Origin: a virus | IMG/VR virus record: IMGVR_UViG_3300028821_000038 | Coordinates: 64,001-128,000 of that record | DNA: 64,000 bases | Direction: 5' to 3' (one strand) | Part shown: in pieces, positions 18,601-28,112 of the stretch | How the letters are laid out: every line of letters starts with the position of its first letter | Numbering within the stretch: position 1 is the stretch's first letter | The notes under the pieces: model-generated | The model's database searches: none | What the model was told of the DNA's origin: nothing | Seen by the model: only the letters and a program-made list of their open reading frames with translations | Made by a program: the position numbers and the translations under genes

Positions 18601-19617
18601 GTATCTCTATTGGGACAAGAGGACGAAGAGCTGCCAGTAATGATGTGTAAAACTGATGTTGAGGTAGCAGACAACACTATTACAGATGGATGTTCTAGTG
18701 GGATAAGTGGGACTGACCGGAACAACATATCAGATTTATCGTCTATATTTGTAGAAACAGGGGAACAAGAGTATGGAGAAGTTCCTACATCTATCAGTAT
18801 AAGCCTATTTATGATGTTTCAAAAGGTAACAAAAGACAAAAACAATTCAAAGACAATAAATAACACTTCGCAATCAATAGGACTCACACTCGGATGTGTA
18901 GATGGAATGCAGAATATAAATGGGGATGCCCTGGCGCAAGGACTGACGCAGGAGGAGATAGATGATATTGCTGATGATTTGGAGCATGTTACATATGTGT
19001 GTCCCGACTTCAAATCGAAAGAAGTTCTAGATTTTTCTAGGATTAAGAATGATGAAAACAAAGAGCTGGGCAGCCTGTTTGTTATGGATATCAAGGAATT
19101 TGTAAACACCAATCTTGTGATATCCAATGACGAATGTGTAGATCAGCGAATAAAAGATGAGATTAACCCCTCGGGGGATGACTCCATAAAGATTCCATTT
19201 GGAAAATATATAGATGAAGAGGGTGAAGTTAAAGATTCTGAGGTTGTAATAAATACTATGTCAATGTCCATAGAAGACATGATAGAAGGCACTGTGTTAT
19301 TATCCAGCATAAGTACATCAGGCTACACATCAGCATACAAACATGCCGGGCAGAATCCAAAATGGCCTGTAGTGATTGGTTATAACGGTTCCTCAGAATT
19401 GTCCCTATTCGATAAAAACAGGATAGTTGGTACGACACCCAGTAATTTTGTAAATGTAGTGAGTCTTAGTGGGGATAGTTTCGATGAGCATATACTTGCA
19501 AACAATGATACATTAAGTCATGTCACGATATATATATTGGATGACAAGATAGGCATCTATGTCAAGGATATCTATGCGCCACTATCTCAAAATAGAGTCA
19601 TGAAAACAACACAGTAA
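15610..19617 (+). CDS. large acidic protein of unknown function (possibly structural)
   Basis: 1335-aa ORF; no motif recognised. Confidence 0.7.
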   Translation: MHFLIERPAYPNETLDYYNYNLPFFTLGKNQDILDKYIDKIVDFSNSLEIFTEKDKIFIYSDGVSNRFFIDKIADIVNITGEMTLYASSVFKKSIVFDNITDNSILNMEELEYYMSRNGFLPRYFDFDSFTQKAKYPFSNLLSVRNIEQVLISRDILEPTLVSPVTDTPNDRPYDIVNIDFANTFLIPKQYQTDIVKVEHDNINRIEIDTGFIYSAVFVEDYEPTEGRQLIPKRYCTTHGYTVSPVISEETYINEPLLSRTPINKESLVDISSRYISTTDKHAKYFSVNRTNNIEIPEDFVISYNEAKSIIDKKFKDILSPRVEDLQTFKKYLASMCDLDNMYLDHTYSVPGGMVYLGFDCTRMDSLLNYESLIEILHTPGKFLDTDCHTKRASLYFSFEDKKDIDKFASIAQTLSAPIDIGEDRIGQVYQQLKKVVKKICIMSPDIIFGDDIPEHPSIRPTLINIPPMGNYNNITPYIRTFINVPYYKKPPFVAIFSPPIIGSVIVGYPMSQISVPRYQKAYFPVSTGKPIIPTTIAPFSPFLMFIGGIPSFDDSITVNYFIRKDGEVISGNALSQTMDDNCLKFVVNIYRTVNMMDVAAIHSKLDIQKFFWDSPKKNRVLTRPQMAALFLGDVMCELGNRIDVPMNVDFSDGFFFDDGGASTLEESQPSNSISCLSEEDTESDAIYAPSVVAKKIGWRIGKYNVMWDGNDYGEQVLTETEVLQGNPAPNISLEAWSVFRDDDYIQKVSEVVDAIIDNIEEYFRVRKVENVTVSDQIVADFNNIEPNLSCVMLEYIDLSHTNLEYQNKTRGDPLGIFETDMELPCTSVSEIVDGFSLVVLNPSQSVGGNPEEYKKNPPLIKSGGNKIRIWKPYIDVGTKSYSGLPVIMVGDNNEGAISTYNEVVFIHEPSDISTAFKYTASGVTVSVVTKEVDGSTYHALKASIGDSDRYVLFKKVGEGEAPQEADDKILCDGFNDWAAPVGINGGSGTINASISNVSLLGQEDEELPVMMCKTDVEVADNTITDGCSSGISGTDRNNISDLSSIFVETGEQEYGEVPTSISISLFMMFQKVTKDKNNSKTINNTSQSIGLTLGCVDGMQNINGDALAQGLTQEEIDDIADDLEHVTYVCPDFKSKEVLDFSRIKNDENKELGSLFVMDIKEFVNTNLVISNDECVDQRIKDEINPSGDDSIKIPFGKYIDEEGEVKDSEVVINTMSMSIEDMIEGTVLLSSISTSGYTSAYKHAGQNPKWPVVIGYNGSSELSLFDKNRIVGTTPSNFVNVVSLSGDSFDEHILANNDTLSHVTIYILDDKIGIYVKDIYAPLSQNRVMKTTQ

Positions 19618-19626
19618 AGGAATGAT

Positions 19627-21081
19627 ATGATAAACAATTTCGTCGATTTTATAACGGATACGATATCGCCAGATATAATCAATGATTATCTGGAAAATGG
19701 AGGAGGTAGCCCAAGTGATTTTGTAGGCAGTGATGAAAGCACTATGGATTATACAAAAGCGGGGTGGATGCTTAAATGCTATATGGATATGCTAAATAAA
19801 GGGCAGGTTACAAGTGATGTTACCGATGTCACCAGAATGATTATGAATTTTGACTGTCCTGATGGCAAAAAGAATTATGAGTGTATATCACCTGCAGGAT
19901 ATAATTTGCTTCAGATGATGGCGTATGAAGCAAGACAATATCCCGACTTTGTAATAGATGATGTTTCTGATATTTTAGATATAGAGCATCTTTTGGCAAA
20001 CTATCATCAAACCGCACGGAGCGTTGGCCAGCAAACTTTCGTTCATATGATTGCGGAGTTTATGGAAGATAATTTGATATCATCCATAGTTGAGGGTGAT
20101 ATATCTGTTGGCAAGCAGGTAGATGATGGGGTTCAGAATAGACTTATCGCCCCATATTATTTAGCTTTAAAGAATGCAGGGGATGCTATTTCCGCAGGCA
20201 AAGTTCCAGAAATAGAAAGAAGCACACTGGACGCCCTCAGGGGACATATTACATCGGGCGTTAGCTATAGAGAATTTATTGGTGAGGACGGCTACTATAC
20301 TGGCGCAGATCAGTATCCCACAAATGAATTATCGAAATTTATTGCGGCATCCTCCCATGAAGCTATCAAATCTGTAGTGAAAAAGATTCCCGAATACCTA
20401 CTTCCAATTGTGGATACGTCCAGCGAACAGCAAGAAGTTAGGCGCATATCAGATGCGCTGAAAGATGCGGCTGTAGAATACGGAGGATTGTCGATATCGA
20501 AATCAAGATTTGATATAGGGCGATATATTGCGGGCACCCAGGAGAATAAATACAACAATGGGTATACCCCCATGATGTACTATGTAGGAAAATACAGAGG
20601 CGAATGTGACATAAATGTGCTAAACAGGCTTGCTAATGTTTACAATCCATTAGCCCTATCGGTAGACAGTAGCTCATTCTCGGAAGGATTCACTCCCCTG
20701 TCTGTTTTGGCCGACAATATGACTATAGTGGGCGATGATTATTCATCATGGAGTAGGCCAGAATTGGCTTCTTTTATCAAGAGGTTTGTGTCCACGGTAT
20801 CGGACGGTTCCAACCCGTATAAGACATATGTTGCGGCTGGGGTAGTGTTTTTGGTGACAAATGGAAGCAGTAATAACTCATTTGGGGTGGTAAACAATAT
20901 CATGCTAAAGATAAACGAAGCTCACAAGTCTTGGTATGAAGAGCAGAGTGACGACACTATATCCCCGAGCGATTTTGAAGATACATACAATACCCTTGTA
21001 GGCGCCATTCTCCCGAGCGAGTTTGATTATTCATTTTATGCGTCATGGATGAATGAATTTGAAAAAAACATACAGAAGTAG
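19627..21081 (+). CDS. hypothetical protein with possible degenerate ankyrin-like repeats
   Basis: GYNLLQMMA, QTFVHMIA, GYTPMMYY, GFTPLSVLA. Confidence 0.45.
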   Translation: MINNFVDFITDTISPDIINDYLENGGGSPSDFVGSDESTMDYTKAGWMLKCYMDMLNKGQVTSDVTDVTRMIMNFDCPDGKKNYECISPAGYNLLQMMAYEARQYPDFVIDDVSDILDIEHLLANYHQTARSVGQQTFVHMIAEFMEDNLISSIVEGDISVGKQVDDGVQNRLIAPYYLALKNAGDAISAGKVPEIERSTLDALRGHITSGVSYREFIGEDGYYTGADQYPTNELSKFIAASSHEAIKSVVKKIPEYLLPIVDTSSEQQEVRRISDALKDAAVEYGGLSISKSRFDIGRYIAGTQENKYNNGYTPMMYYVGKYRGECDINVLNRLANVYNPLALSVDSSSFSEGFTPLSVLADNMTIVGDDYSSWSRPELASFIKRFVSTVSDGSNPYKTYVAAGVVFLVTNGSSNNSFGVVNNIMLKINEAHKSWYEEQSDDTISPSDFEDTYNTLVGAILPSEFDYSFYASWMNEFEKNIQK

Positions 21082-21096
21082 GGTATATATATATGG
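21082..21096 (+). promoter_or_regulatory. GGTATATATATATGG motif copy 3
   Basis: Exact 15-mer heading the SSB/rII gene cluster. Confidence 0.65.
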
Positions 21097-21131
21097 AATG
21101 AAGTTTCCAACATAAAAATCACAGAAAGGAG

Positions 21132-21365
21132 ATGGTTATGGCAGAGTATGAGATAGATAATATTCTCGTATCGTTTGCTGGCTCATATATCAACATTGGC
21201 CCGGCTGTCGTAATGATAGATGGCAGTGAGGTGGCTCATGTTGAAATAGATGAGCTCCCTGATGAATGTGCCGACATCGAGGAGGAAATCATAGAAGAGA
21301 TAAAAAATCTCGGCACAGGCCCTATCAAGACAGAGAACGAACTGGTTCTCTCGATAGGAACATGA
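21132..21365 (+). CDS. small acidic hypothetical protein
   Basis: AAGGAG RBS. Confidence 0.6.
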   Translation: MVMAEYEIDNILVSFAGSYINIGPAVVMIDGSEVAHVEIDELPDECADIEEEIIEEIKNLGTGPIKTENELVLSIGT

Positions 21366-21366
21366 T

Positions 21367-21609
21367 ATGGATACGACACTGGTGGCTTTGGTAGTCTTGT
21401 TTTTTGCTTATAAAGTGACACAAACATATAACGAAAAACAAGAGCATATCGAGGCGATAAAAGCTGGGTTGGAGGAGTGTGTTATTCCTGAACGGCCCAA
21501 CCAGGAAATATGGGTCAAGGATTGCGAGAAGTACATAAAGATATATACTTCTAAGAAACAGAAGGAAGAACAAGATGGTCTTCGGGGCGATAAAAATGGA
21601 GTGGAATAA
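21367..21609 (+). CDS. small protein with N-terminal membrane anchor
   Basis: TLVALVVLFFAY. Confidence 0.6.
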   Translation: MDTTLVALVVLFFAYKVTQTYNEKQEHIEAIKAGLEECVIPERPNQEIWVKDCEKYIKIYTSKKQKEEQDGLRGDKNGVE

Positions 21610-21907
21610 TATAGTGTATTCCGATAATGGTAAGCTTTTTCCGGAGAGGATTGATGTGGTTGGGTATGGCAACACCAAGGAGGAAGCAAGCCAGAATGTA
21701 TATGATAGATATACAGATATTTCTATTATGTTCTTGGGGGACAAGAATAGTGAATCCGCCAAAGAACTAATAGATATCTACCTTGCTACCCATGACAAAC
21801 TTGCTGAAGAGGTTGGAATAAAGTATGAGGTTGGGCGTGGATATGAACCAAAAATGGAGGAATCACATGAGAAAGAACAACAAGAAGACAACACTATGCA
21901 TACCTGA
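21575..21907 (+). CDS. hypothetical protein
   Basis: Overlapping operon ORF. Confidence 0.55.
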   Translation: MVFGAIKMEWNNIVYSDNGKLFPERIDVVGYGNTKEEASQNVYDRYTDISIMFLGDKNSESAKELIDIYLATHDKLAEEVGIKYEVGRGYEPKMEESHEKEQQEDNTMHT

Positions 21908-22280
21908 ATATATAGAGCATCTCCATTTAGAGCATCCTTACAAGGAGGTACACCACTGGATGCCAAAATCAAAAATACAATGCAATGATTTTTTTGTTTG
22001 CTGTATACCACATGAGCTCCATCATGAGATACACAGTAAACGCTCAGTCCAGTGGTATATCGAGAGAGAGGGCATGGAGAACCTGCTACTTGATTCGGCA
22101 ATTATGTTTGCGAGATGGATACTCACCACAAGTGCCCGGGAGCATCCAAATTATAAAAGGTTTATAGAAATGATATTAGAAATAAACAAACAACCTGATG
22201 TCTATGAGCATGTACTGGAGGCGACCAGGAAATGTGCTTTTGACATCTCAACAAACAAGGAGGGACAAGATGAACTATGA
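21867..22280 (+). CDS. His-rich HNH-like protein
   Basis: EVHHW...CCIPHELHHEIH; start at 21867 after GGAGG. Confidence 0.5.
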   Translation: MRKNNKKTTLCIPEYIEHLHLEHPYKEVHHWMPKSKIQCNDFFVCCIPHELHHEIHSKRSVQWYIEREGMENLLLDSAIMFARWILTTSAREHPNYKRFIEMILEINKQPDVYEHVLEATRKCAFDISTNKEGQDEL

Positions 22281-22794
22281 ATACTTACTTGCAACGGGAT
22301 GGGGCGCACTCGGAAGCGAACTGCAGAATGCAAATCTTGTGGATGATATGTGGTATAAGAGACCAAATAAATATATCAAAAATGCAAGCGAGATAGATAG
22401 GGGGGTTTTAGAACTGTTTCTACTGCTTGAAGATAGAGTTCTAAAAGATGGGTATCAAGAGGCCGAAATGCGCTCCAAGAAAATAAGAGAAAAAAGCAAT
22501 ATACTTGATGAAGAGCAGGCTGGTCAAGTAAACACTATATTGCTGGGATTGCATCTGATACACTTTTGGGCTGAAAAAACAAAAGGTCCACTTGCAAAAC
22601 TGGCAGAAAGTAAGTCATTGAGACTGATTGATATGGTTAAACCTCTAGTGATAGAGAAGTCAGGCCTTGAAACTTCCAAAAATAGCTATCGGTGTGCCGA
22701 TGACCTGCTCAGGATTGTGGAAGGAAGGGCTGTGCTGCCAAAAGAAGTCAGAGATAAAAATGCAGCCAGATACCTTAAGAAAACTACCGTATAA
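22270..22794 (+). CDS. hypothetical protein
   Basis: Start at 22270 after AAGGAGG. Confidence 0.65.
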   Translation: MNYEYLLATGWGALGSELQNANLVDDMWYKRPNKYIKNASEIDRGVLELFLLLEDRVLKDGYQEAEMRSKKIREKSNILDEEQAGQVNTILLGLHLIHFWAEKTKGPLAKLAESKSLRLIDMVKPLVIEKSGLETSKNSYRCADDLLRIVEGRAVLPKEVRDKNAARYLKKTTV

Positions 22795-22817
22795 TCAAAA
22801 TAAAAAAAGGAACCAAT

Positions 22818-23282
22818 ATGGCAAACAAAGTTATATTGATGGGCAATATGACAAATGATGTAGAGCTTACATACACATCATCTGGAATGGCGATAGGAAG
22901 CTTCTCTATTGCTATAAACAGAAGACAGAAGGATTCAGCAACTGGAGACTATGTGGAAAAGACCACTTTTGTCCCCATAAAAGCTTTTGGGAAGACAGCT
23001 GAGATAATCAGCCAATACCTAGGGAAGGGCTCCAAGATATATATCGAGGGGCGACTAGAAATGGATCACTGGACAACTCCAGATGGGATGAATAGGAGCA
23101 AGATGTATGTAATACTCGATAATTTCGAGTTTGCATCCCCTAAGAAGAGCGGCGATAGCAACAGCTACTCATCCTATAAGCCTGCGGTAGAGAAGCCCAT
23201 GCATAAGAATGATATGTCTGGGGTTAAAATAATAGAAGAAAAAATCCCTGAGGTAAATCTGGATGAAGAAATACCATTCTAG
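22818..23282 (+). CDS. ssb: single-stranded DNA-binding protein
   Basis: NKVILMGN, FGKTAE, KGSKIYIEGRL, acidic tail DEEIPF. Confidence 0.95.
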   Translation: MANKVILMGNMTNDVELTYTSSGMAIGSFSIAINRRQKDSATGDYVEKTTFVPIKAFGKTAEIISQYLGKGSKIYIEGRLEMDHWTTPDGMNRSKMYVILDNFEFASPKKSGDSNSYSSYKPAVEKPMHKNDMSGVKIIEEKIPEVNLDEEIPF

Positions 23283-23290
23283 GAGAATAT

Positions 23291-23410
23291 ATGATTAGAG
23301 CACTAGTGGGCATCAGTGATGCCCACAAGGAAAAAGAGCTCAAAACAGAGCAATGGGATATGCGCGGTATGCACCACAGCAAGGGTGGCATAAACCTAAT
23401 TCCCGAATAG
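23291..23410 (+). CDS. 39-aa small ORF
   Basis: AGGAG RBS, MIRALVGIS...LIPE. Confidence 0.35.
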   Translation: MIRALVGISDAHKEKELKTEQWDMRGMHHSKGGINLIPE

Positions 23411-23625
23411 GAGGCGCACCAAAGATAGTAAATGTGATAGATATATAACATTCTTTTCTGCACACAATAGCACATCTCCTGTACCATTCTTATCCCAATT
23501 AAAATGGAGGGTCAAACATGATATAACAATAAAGAGATGGATAGAAAAATATACGGATATATATAAGTATGATATAGAGAATATGCCAGATAAGGTTACA
23601 TACAAACCATACAAGAAAGGAGAAT

Positions 23626-23877
23626 ATGCAAATGCTTTATCCAATCATAAAAACCAAAAAAGAAATCTCCCCAAACATGATAGGCCAAGAGCTTGTCCTG
23701 GAGGAGAAAGTTGTGTTGCTCGGAGTTATAGATGATTCTATCAAGCTTCCCAATTCATGTGCTGGATGTGCGTTCCAGCCGAAAGATGGCGAAGCGTATC
23801 CTATGTACTGTGTAGATTGCGCTAGATTCTACACAGACAAATGGGTAGGAGTCTGGGAAGATAAGGAGGAAGAATGA
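23626..23877 (+). CDS. small CxxC protein
   Basis: CAGC...CVDC; AAGGAG RBS. Confidence 0.55.
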   Translation: MQMLYPIIKTKKEISPNMIGQELVLEEKVVLLGVIDDSIKLPNSCAGCAFQPKDGEAYPMYCVDCARFYTDKWVGVWEDKEEE

Positions 23878-25997
23878 GAATAGATGGCAAAAGTAAAGTA
23901 TCAACAAACATATCAGGGGCAAAAGATTTTGATATAAACCCAACCCCTGAGATGTTTATGCTGCTCTCATCCGGCCTGTATCAAGACAAGATAAAAGCCG
24001 TGATTAGAGAGCTTTCTGCAAATGCTTTTGACGCGATGGTTAGCAATGGAACTATCAAAGAGAAGGCATTCGATGTTATTGGCCCTACCGAAAAAGATCC
24101 CGTATTTAGAATCAGGGACTATGGGCCAGGCTTGTCGGAGGATGAAATATATGCCCTGTATACGAAATATGGGGCTAGTAGCAAAAATGACACCAATAGC
24201 ATGATAGGTGCATTTGGTGTTGGCTCGAAATCACCTTTTGCATACACTATGCAGTTTACCGTCACAAGTTTTAACGGAGGAATAAAGAGTGTCTACTTGG
24301 CATATGTAGACGACGGCATTCCCCGTGTAAAAAAAATATCATCTGAACCCAGCAACGAGCCATCTGGGTTGATGGTAGAGGTTGGTGTATTTAGCAAAGA
24401 TATATCTACCTTCAATTCCAAAATATCAGATGTGATATCGTGGATGGACTTCCCCGGTCCAATACCAGAAGGTATTTGGAAAGATAGGAGGAAGGTGATA
24501 TCCATCCTAAAAGAAAAGGGATACTACACATTTCTATATAAACTCGATGGTCTGTATGTCTACTGTGGAGGAATAGTATACTCAGTTGACAAAGATGGCC
24601 TTGACGAGGATATCCTAGAGATGATAGACACCAATAGTGTGGTTTTGTATGCCCCAATTGGTAGTGTATCCATTGCTGCATCCAGAGAGTCAGTAGCGAT
24701 GGATAGCAGAACTTCACACTATATCCATAACACGCTGCGAAAAATAAAGAACGGTATCGTGTCTCACATAAAAGATGTGATATCTGATTCCGACAGCGTA
24801 GTCACGGCAGCCAAAAAAATATACGGAATGGTGGTGAAATATTCATCTGTAGACTTAAGCAAAAGAGATGCTATATTTCTCCATGTTTTAAAGACAGAAG
24901 TGCTCAATATGCTAAAAAATAGATTTAAATATGTTGAGCAACATTATAGACATCATAACAACGTCAATGCCTTGGTGTTTTTGTCACTTAGCGCAAGTGA
25001 CCCAAAAATATTATTTGCTGATTGGATGACTGTCTATCGTGAGTATAATGGTATGCCAAGTAACGCTATGTTGGTTATTGCCAACTCCAGGCATAGAATC
25101 AGACAAATAAGCACATTTTATGCCAATGAGCATGACTACGATTGTGTTATCGTGGTAGACCATGAAAAATATGAGGAGGAAAAAGAAAAAATATGTACGC
25201 TATTTGGCCACGACAATATATTTAATCAAAAATTCCTTCTGGAGTATTATAGAAACAATTCTCCAGATCTGAAAAACACTGCATCATCAGAGTTCGAGAC
25301 ACCAACAAGCAACCAGAAGTTTTATAGGTTTAAGGGGGAAAGTATGTCGTCGTTCTCGATGACTAAACTTCCAAAGGATAAAAAAATAATAGCCTTCAAA
25401 ACCAATCATACTGTAAACCATCAAGTATGGAGGATTATTGTGAGGTGGTTTAAAAGGTTTTTTGATGATAATGTAGATACTGTAGTACTTCCTAAGAGCA
25501 AATATCACATAGTTGACGACAATGAAAATGTGATATGGGCACACGATTACTTTAAAGAGAAGATTGGAACAAAAAAGTCGATTACTTTAGAGATAACACC
25601 CAGTGAGTATTTGATACACAATATATACTTCTTCTTATCACTCATTAGAGGTTTGACATATCGGGAGTACATTGAAAACAAAAGAATATCTATTATTCTT
25701 AATGCTGCCTCTAAAATGTATACAGAATCAAAATATCTGAGGAGTGACACAGAAAAAATCGAGGAGGTGTATAGTGCGATTTTTAATACTAAAATAAACA
25801 TAAAGCTCAAGCTGGACAGGAAGTATGTTTTTGTAAAAAACATGGTGGCCGAAATAAACTTTAAAGAGGTGATAACACACCAAAATGCTCTGGAGATTCT
25901 GGAGTACATATACAGCGGCACTTATCCTGTTTACAGTGCTGAAAAATTTGAAAAAATACTGAAAGGAAGAGAGGATGTTTCCTTTTATATTAAATAG
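23874..25997 (+). CDS. rIIA: rIIA-like protein (GHKL/HSP90-type ATPase N-terminus)
   Basis: LYQDKIKAVIRELSANAFDA, IRDYGPGLS, IGAFGVGSKSPFAYT; followed by rIIB. Confidence 0.9.
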   Translation: MRIDGKSKVSTNISGAKDFDINPTPEMFMLLSSGLYQDKIKAVIRELSANAFDAMVSNGTIKEKAFDVIGPTEKDPVFRIRDYGPGLSEDEIYALYTKYGASSKNDTNSMIGAFGVGSKSPFAYTMQFTVTSFNGGIKSVYLAYVDDGIPRVKKISSEPSNEPSGLMVEVGVFSKDISTFNSKISDVISWMDFPGPIPEGIWKDRRKVISILKEKGYYTFLYKLDGLYVYCGGIVYSVDKDGLDEDILEMIDTNSVVLYAPIGSVSIAASRESVAMDSRTSHYIHNTLRKIKNGIVSHIKDVISDSDSVVTAAKKIYGMVVKYSSVDLSKRDAIFLHVLKTEVLNMLKNRFKYVEQHYRHHNNVNALVFLSLSASDPKILFADWMTVYREYNGMPSNAMLVIANSRHRIRQISTFYANEHDYDCVIVVDHEKYEEEKEKICTLFGHDNIFNQKFLLEYYRNNSPDLKNTASSEFETPTSNQKFYRFKGESMSSFSMTKLPKDKKIIAFKTNHTVNHQVWRIIVRWFKRFFDDNVDTVVLPKSKYHIVDDNENVIWAHDYFKEKIGTKKSITLEITPSEYLIHNIYFFLSLIRGLTYREYIENKRISIILNAASKMYTESKYLRSDTEKIEEVYSAIFNTKINIKLKLDRKYVFVKNMVAEINFKEVITHQNALEILEYIYSGTYPVYSAEKFEKILKGREDVSFYIK

Positions 25998-27063
25998 TGA
26001 TTCGTTAACAATTGTGGAGGGCGGAAGAGTCCACACTATCATGTCGGATAATCCAAAATTCGACGAGGTGATCTCTTCGCTCACCACTGGAAATGAAGAA
26101 GAGGTTCTGGAGGCTATAAACGACGCATATAAGATAGACAAGTTTCTTGGCAAAAAATGTGTCGTCAAGGATGACTCTTTGTATTATGATGGGTTGGAGC
26201 TGCATGGCGCCATCATAGAAAGAGCAAAAAGCTTCATAAAGAAGGATATCCCTGTAGATCCGCTTCTCAGATTTATAGAGAAGCTCATGATGAATGAGGA
26301 TTTGGAGTCAGTAAAGGATCTGTATAGGTTCTTGGAGCACAACAAGCTTCCTATCACAAGTTCCGGGAACTTTCTTGCCTATAAAAAGGTAAAGAATAAT
26401 TACCGAGACTTTCATTCAGGGATGAATGATAACAGTGTGGGGAGTATCGTGAAGATGAACCGCCATAATGTTACGAAAGATAGAAATATCACTTGTTCAA
26501 CCGGACTTCACTTCGCGTCATATCAGTATGTAAAAAACTTTATGCGTGACGGCCGCATGGTTGTACTGGAGATAAATCCTGCGGATGTGGTAAGCATACC
26601 CGTCGATTATAACAACGCAAAAGGGCGATGTTGCAAATATAAAGTCGTAGGAGAGCTCCAAAAATTAGATAGAGATGTCCTTGGTGGGAAAGATTATATA
26701 TCGGAAATCAAAAGGGACGGCTCGGTAGTGTTCGACTTTGATTTTGAAGCGAAAAATCCCATAGAGGAGGCTATCAATATATCGCAAAGTGAGGTCTTGG
26801 CGTATATGCTAAAAGACCCGACTAAGCCAGAATTTACATTTGATGGCGAACTTGGCATGATTGTCCCTAATATCAAATATTGTTATATAGATAAAGGGAA
26901 GTATCGGGTCAATAAGAAGTTTAAAGGCAAAAACTATGAACTTGGTCGGTTTGACAATTTTAAGGCGGCTCGTTCGGTTGTATATGAGTTGTGCCGCGCT
27001 ATAGTAGATGGCAAAAAAGAAGAGTTTATTGAAGAATATATGAAGAGCAAGGATAAAAAATGA
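25975..27063 (+). CDS. rIIB: rIIB-like protein with C-terminal AP2-like segment
   Basis: LYRFLE..LPIT..GNFLAYKKV, DFHSG..DNSVG, TCSTGLH, INPADVVSIPVDY..KGRCC. Confidence 0.9.
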   Translation: MFPFILNSDSLTIVEGGRVHTIMSDNPKFDEVISSLTTGNEEEVLEAINDAYKIDKFLGKKCVVKDDSLYYDGLELHGAIIERAKSFIKKDIPVDPLLRFIEKLMMNEDLESVKDLYRFLEHNKLPITSSGNFLAYKKVKNNYRDFHSGMNDNSVGSIVKMNRHNVTKDRNITCSTGLHFASYQYVKNFMRDGRMVVLEINPADVVSIPVDYNNAKGRCCKYKVVGELQKLDRDVLGGKDYISEIKRDGSVVFDFDFEAKNPIEEAINISQSEVLAYMLKDPTKPEFTFDGELGMIVPNIKYCYIDKGKYRVNKKFKGKNYELGRFDNFKAARSVVYELCRAIVDGKKEEFIEEYMKSKDKK

Positions 27064-27362
27064 CTCCTAATGAAGTGTTTAGGAAGGTATACAATCACAA
27101 AACAAACTTCTTAACCCCTTGGGTTATATATAGGGGTAAGGAGGGGGTTTACTATTATGAGCTCAGCACGTCTAATGATGGATACAACCCAGACAACAAC
27201 TTGTATGGGGTAACCATCATAGATGCAAGGAATATGGAGCCAAGAAAAGATTTATCTACTGCATTCTTCAGTAGGAAAGATGCTGAGGAATACATCGAAA
27301 AGATAAAAGAAGAAGGACGAAAATTATACAAGGAGGAGAAGGATGAGCGAAATCAGACATGA
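27060..27362 (+). CDS. hypothetical protein
   Basis: ATGA overlap with rIIB. Confidence 0.65.
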   Translation: MTPNEVFRKVYNHKTNFLTPWVIYRGKEGVYYYELSTSNDGYNPDNNLYGVTIIDARNMEPRKDLSTAFFSRKDAEEYIEKIKEEGRKLYKEEKDERNQT

Positions 27363-27675
27363 GCTAAAGCCCTTTTTGGGCAAGGAAATAACAATTTCTG
27401 GAACAGTTCTTCAGTATATACCGCATAGCGAAAAAAGTAGCCTCCCTAAGATTCTTGTTGGGAGTGCATATGTATGTGGTACAGAGGTGAGGCTCCATCA
27501 TCTCTGGTTCACCCCTAAAAAGACAAAACCAAGAAGGGGTGATGTCATTGAGATAACTGGCGTGGTGGGCCAGTACCCATCGATAGACTGCAATGGAAAC
27601 CGCATATGTAAATACGGGTTCTCGAAAATAAAAAACAGCAAGGTGGTGCTAAGAAAGGAGGAGATTCATACTTGA
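27343..27675 (+). CDS. hypothetical protein (OB-fold-like pattern)
   Basis: GKEITISGTV...GDVIEITGVVGQY. Confidence 0.5.
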   Translation: MSEIRHELKPFLGKEITISGTVLQYIPHSEKSSLPKILVGSAYVCGTEVRLHHLWFTPKKTKPRRGDVIEITGVVGQYPSIDCNGNRICKYGFSKIKNSKVVLRKEEIHT

Positions 27676-27857
27676 CAAGGTATATGTGGTAGTTGCCTAC
27701 TACCTTGGCAGCAGATAGAGAAGATTATATATTATTGGTGTGTTCTCCAGTTTTAAAAAGGCAGAAAGGGAGGCTAAAAAAGAAGAGAAGCACCAAGAAG
27801 AGAGGTATGCCTGTGAAATACTAACGAGGTTAAAGATGAAGCATTAAAGTAAAAAAA

Positions 27858-27872
27858 GGTATATATATATGG
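27858..27872 (+). promoter_or_regulatory. GGTATATATATATGG motif copy 4
   Basis: Exact 15-mer heading the peptide-JAB-E1-E2 operon. Confidence 0.65.
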
Positions 27873-27942
27873 TCGGGGAAAATAATGCCTAAGGTATTTC
27901 TTCGTAAAACCCCGGCCAATAAAAACAAAAAAAGGAGACCAC

Positions 27943-28101
27943 ATGGCAGTAGACGCTAAAGAGGCAACCACGGTTGCCACGGCAATACTGGAAACGGTAT
28001 TGTCAAAGCTCGGTGACGAGCAGAAACAAAAAGAGTTCGCGGAGAAGGCAGAAGCCGTATCCGCTCAAAATGTAGAGGTTGCAGGAAAGTCTGGAATGTA
28101 A
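27943..28101 (+). CDS. 52-aa candidate protein modifier/precursor peptide ending GKSGM (not in ORF track)
   Basis: AAAGGAG RBS; MAVDAKEATTVATAILETVLSKLGDEQKQKEFAEKAEAVSAQNVEVAGKSGM. Confidence 0.75.
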   Translation: MAVDAKEATTVATAILETVLSKLGDEQKQKEFAEKAEAVSAQNVEVAGKSGM

Positions 28102-28112
28102 CCTCTCATTAC

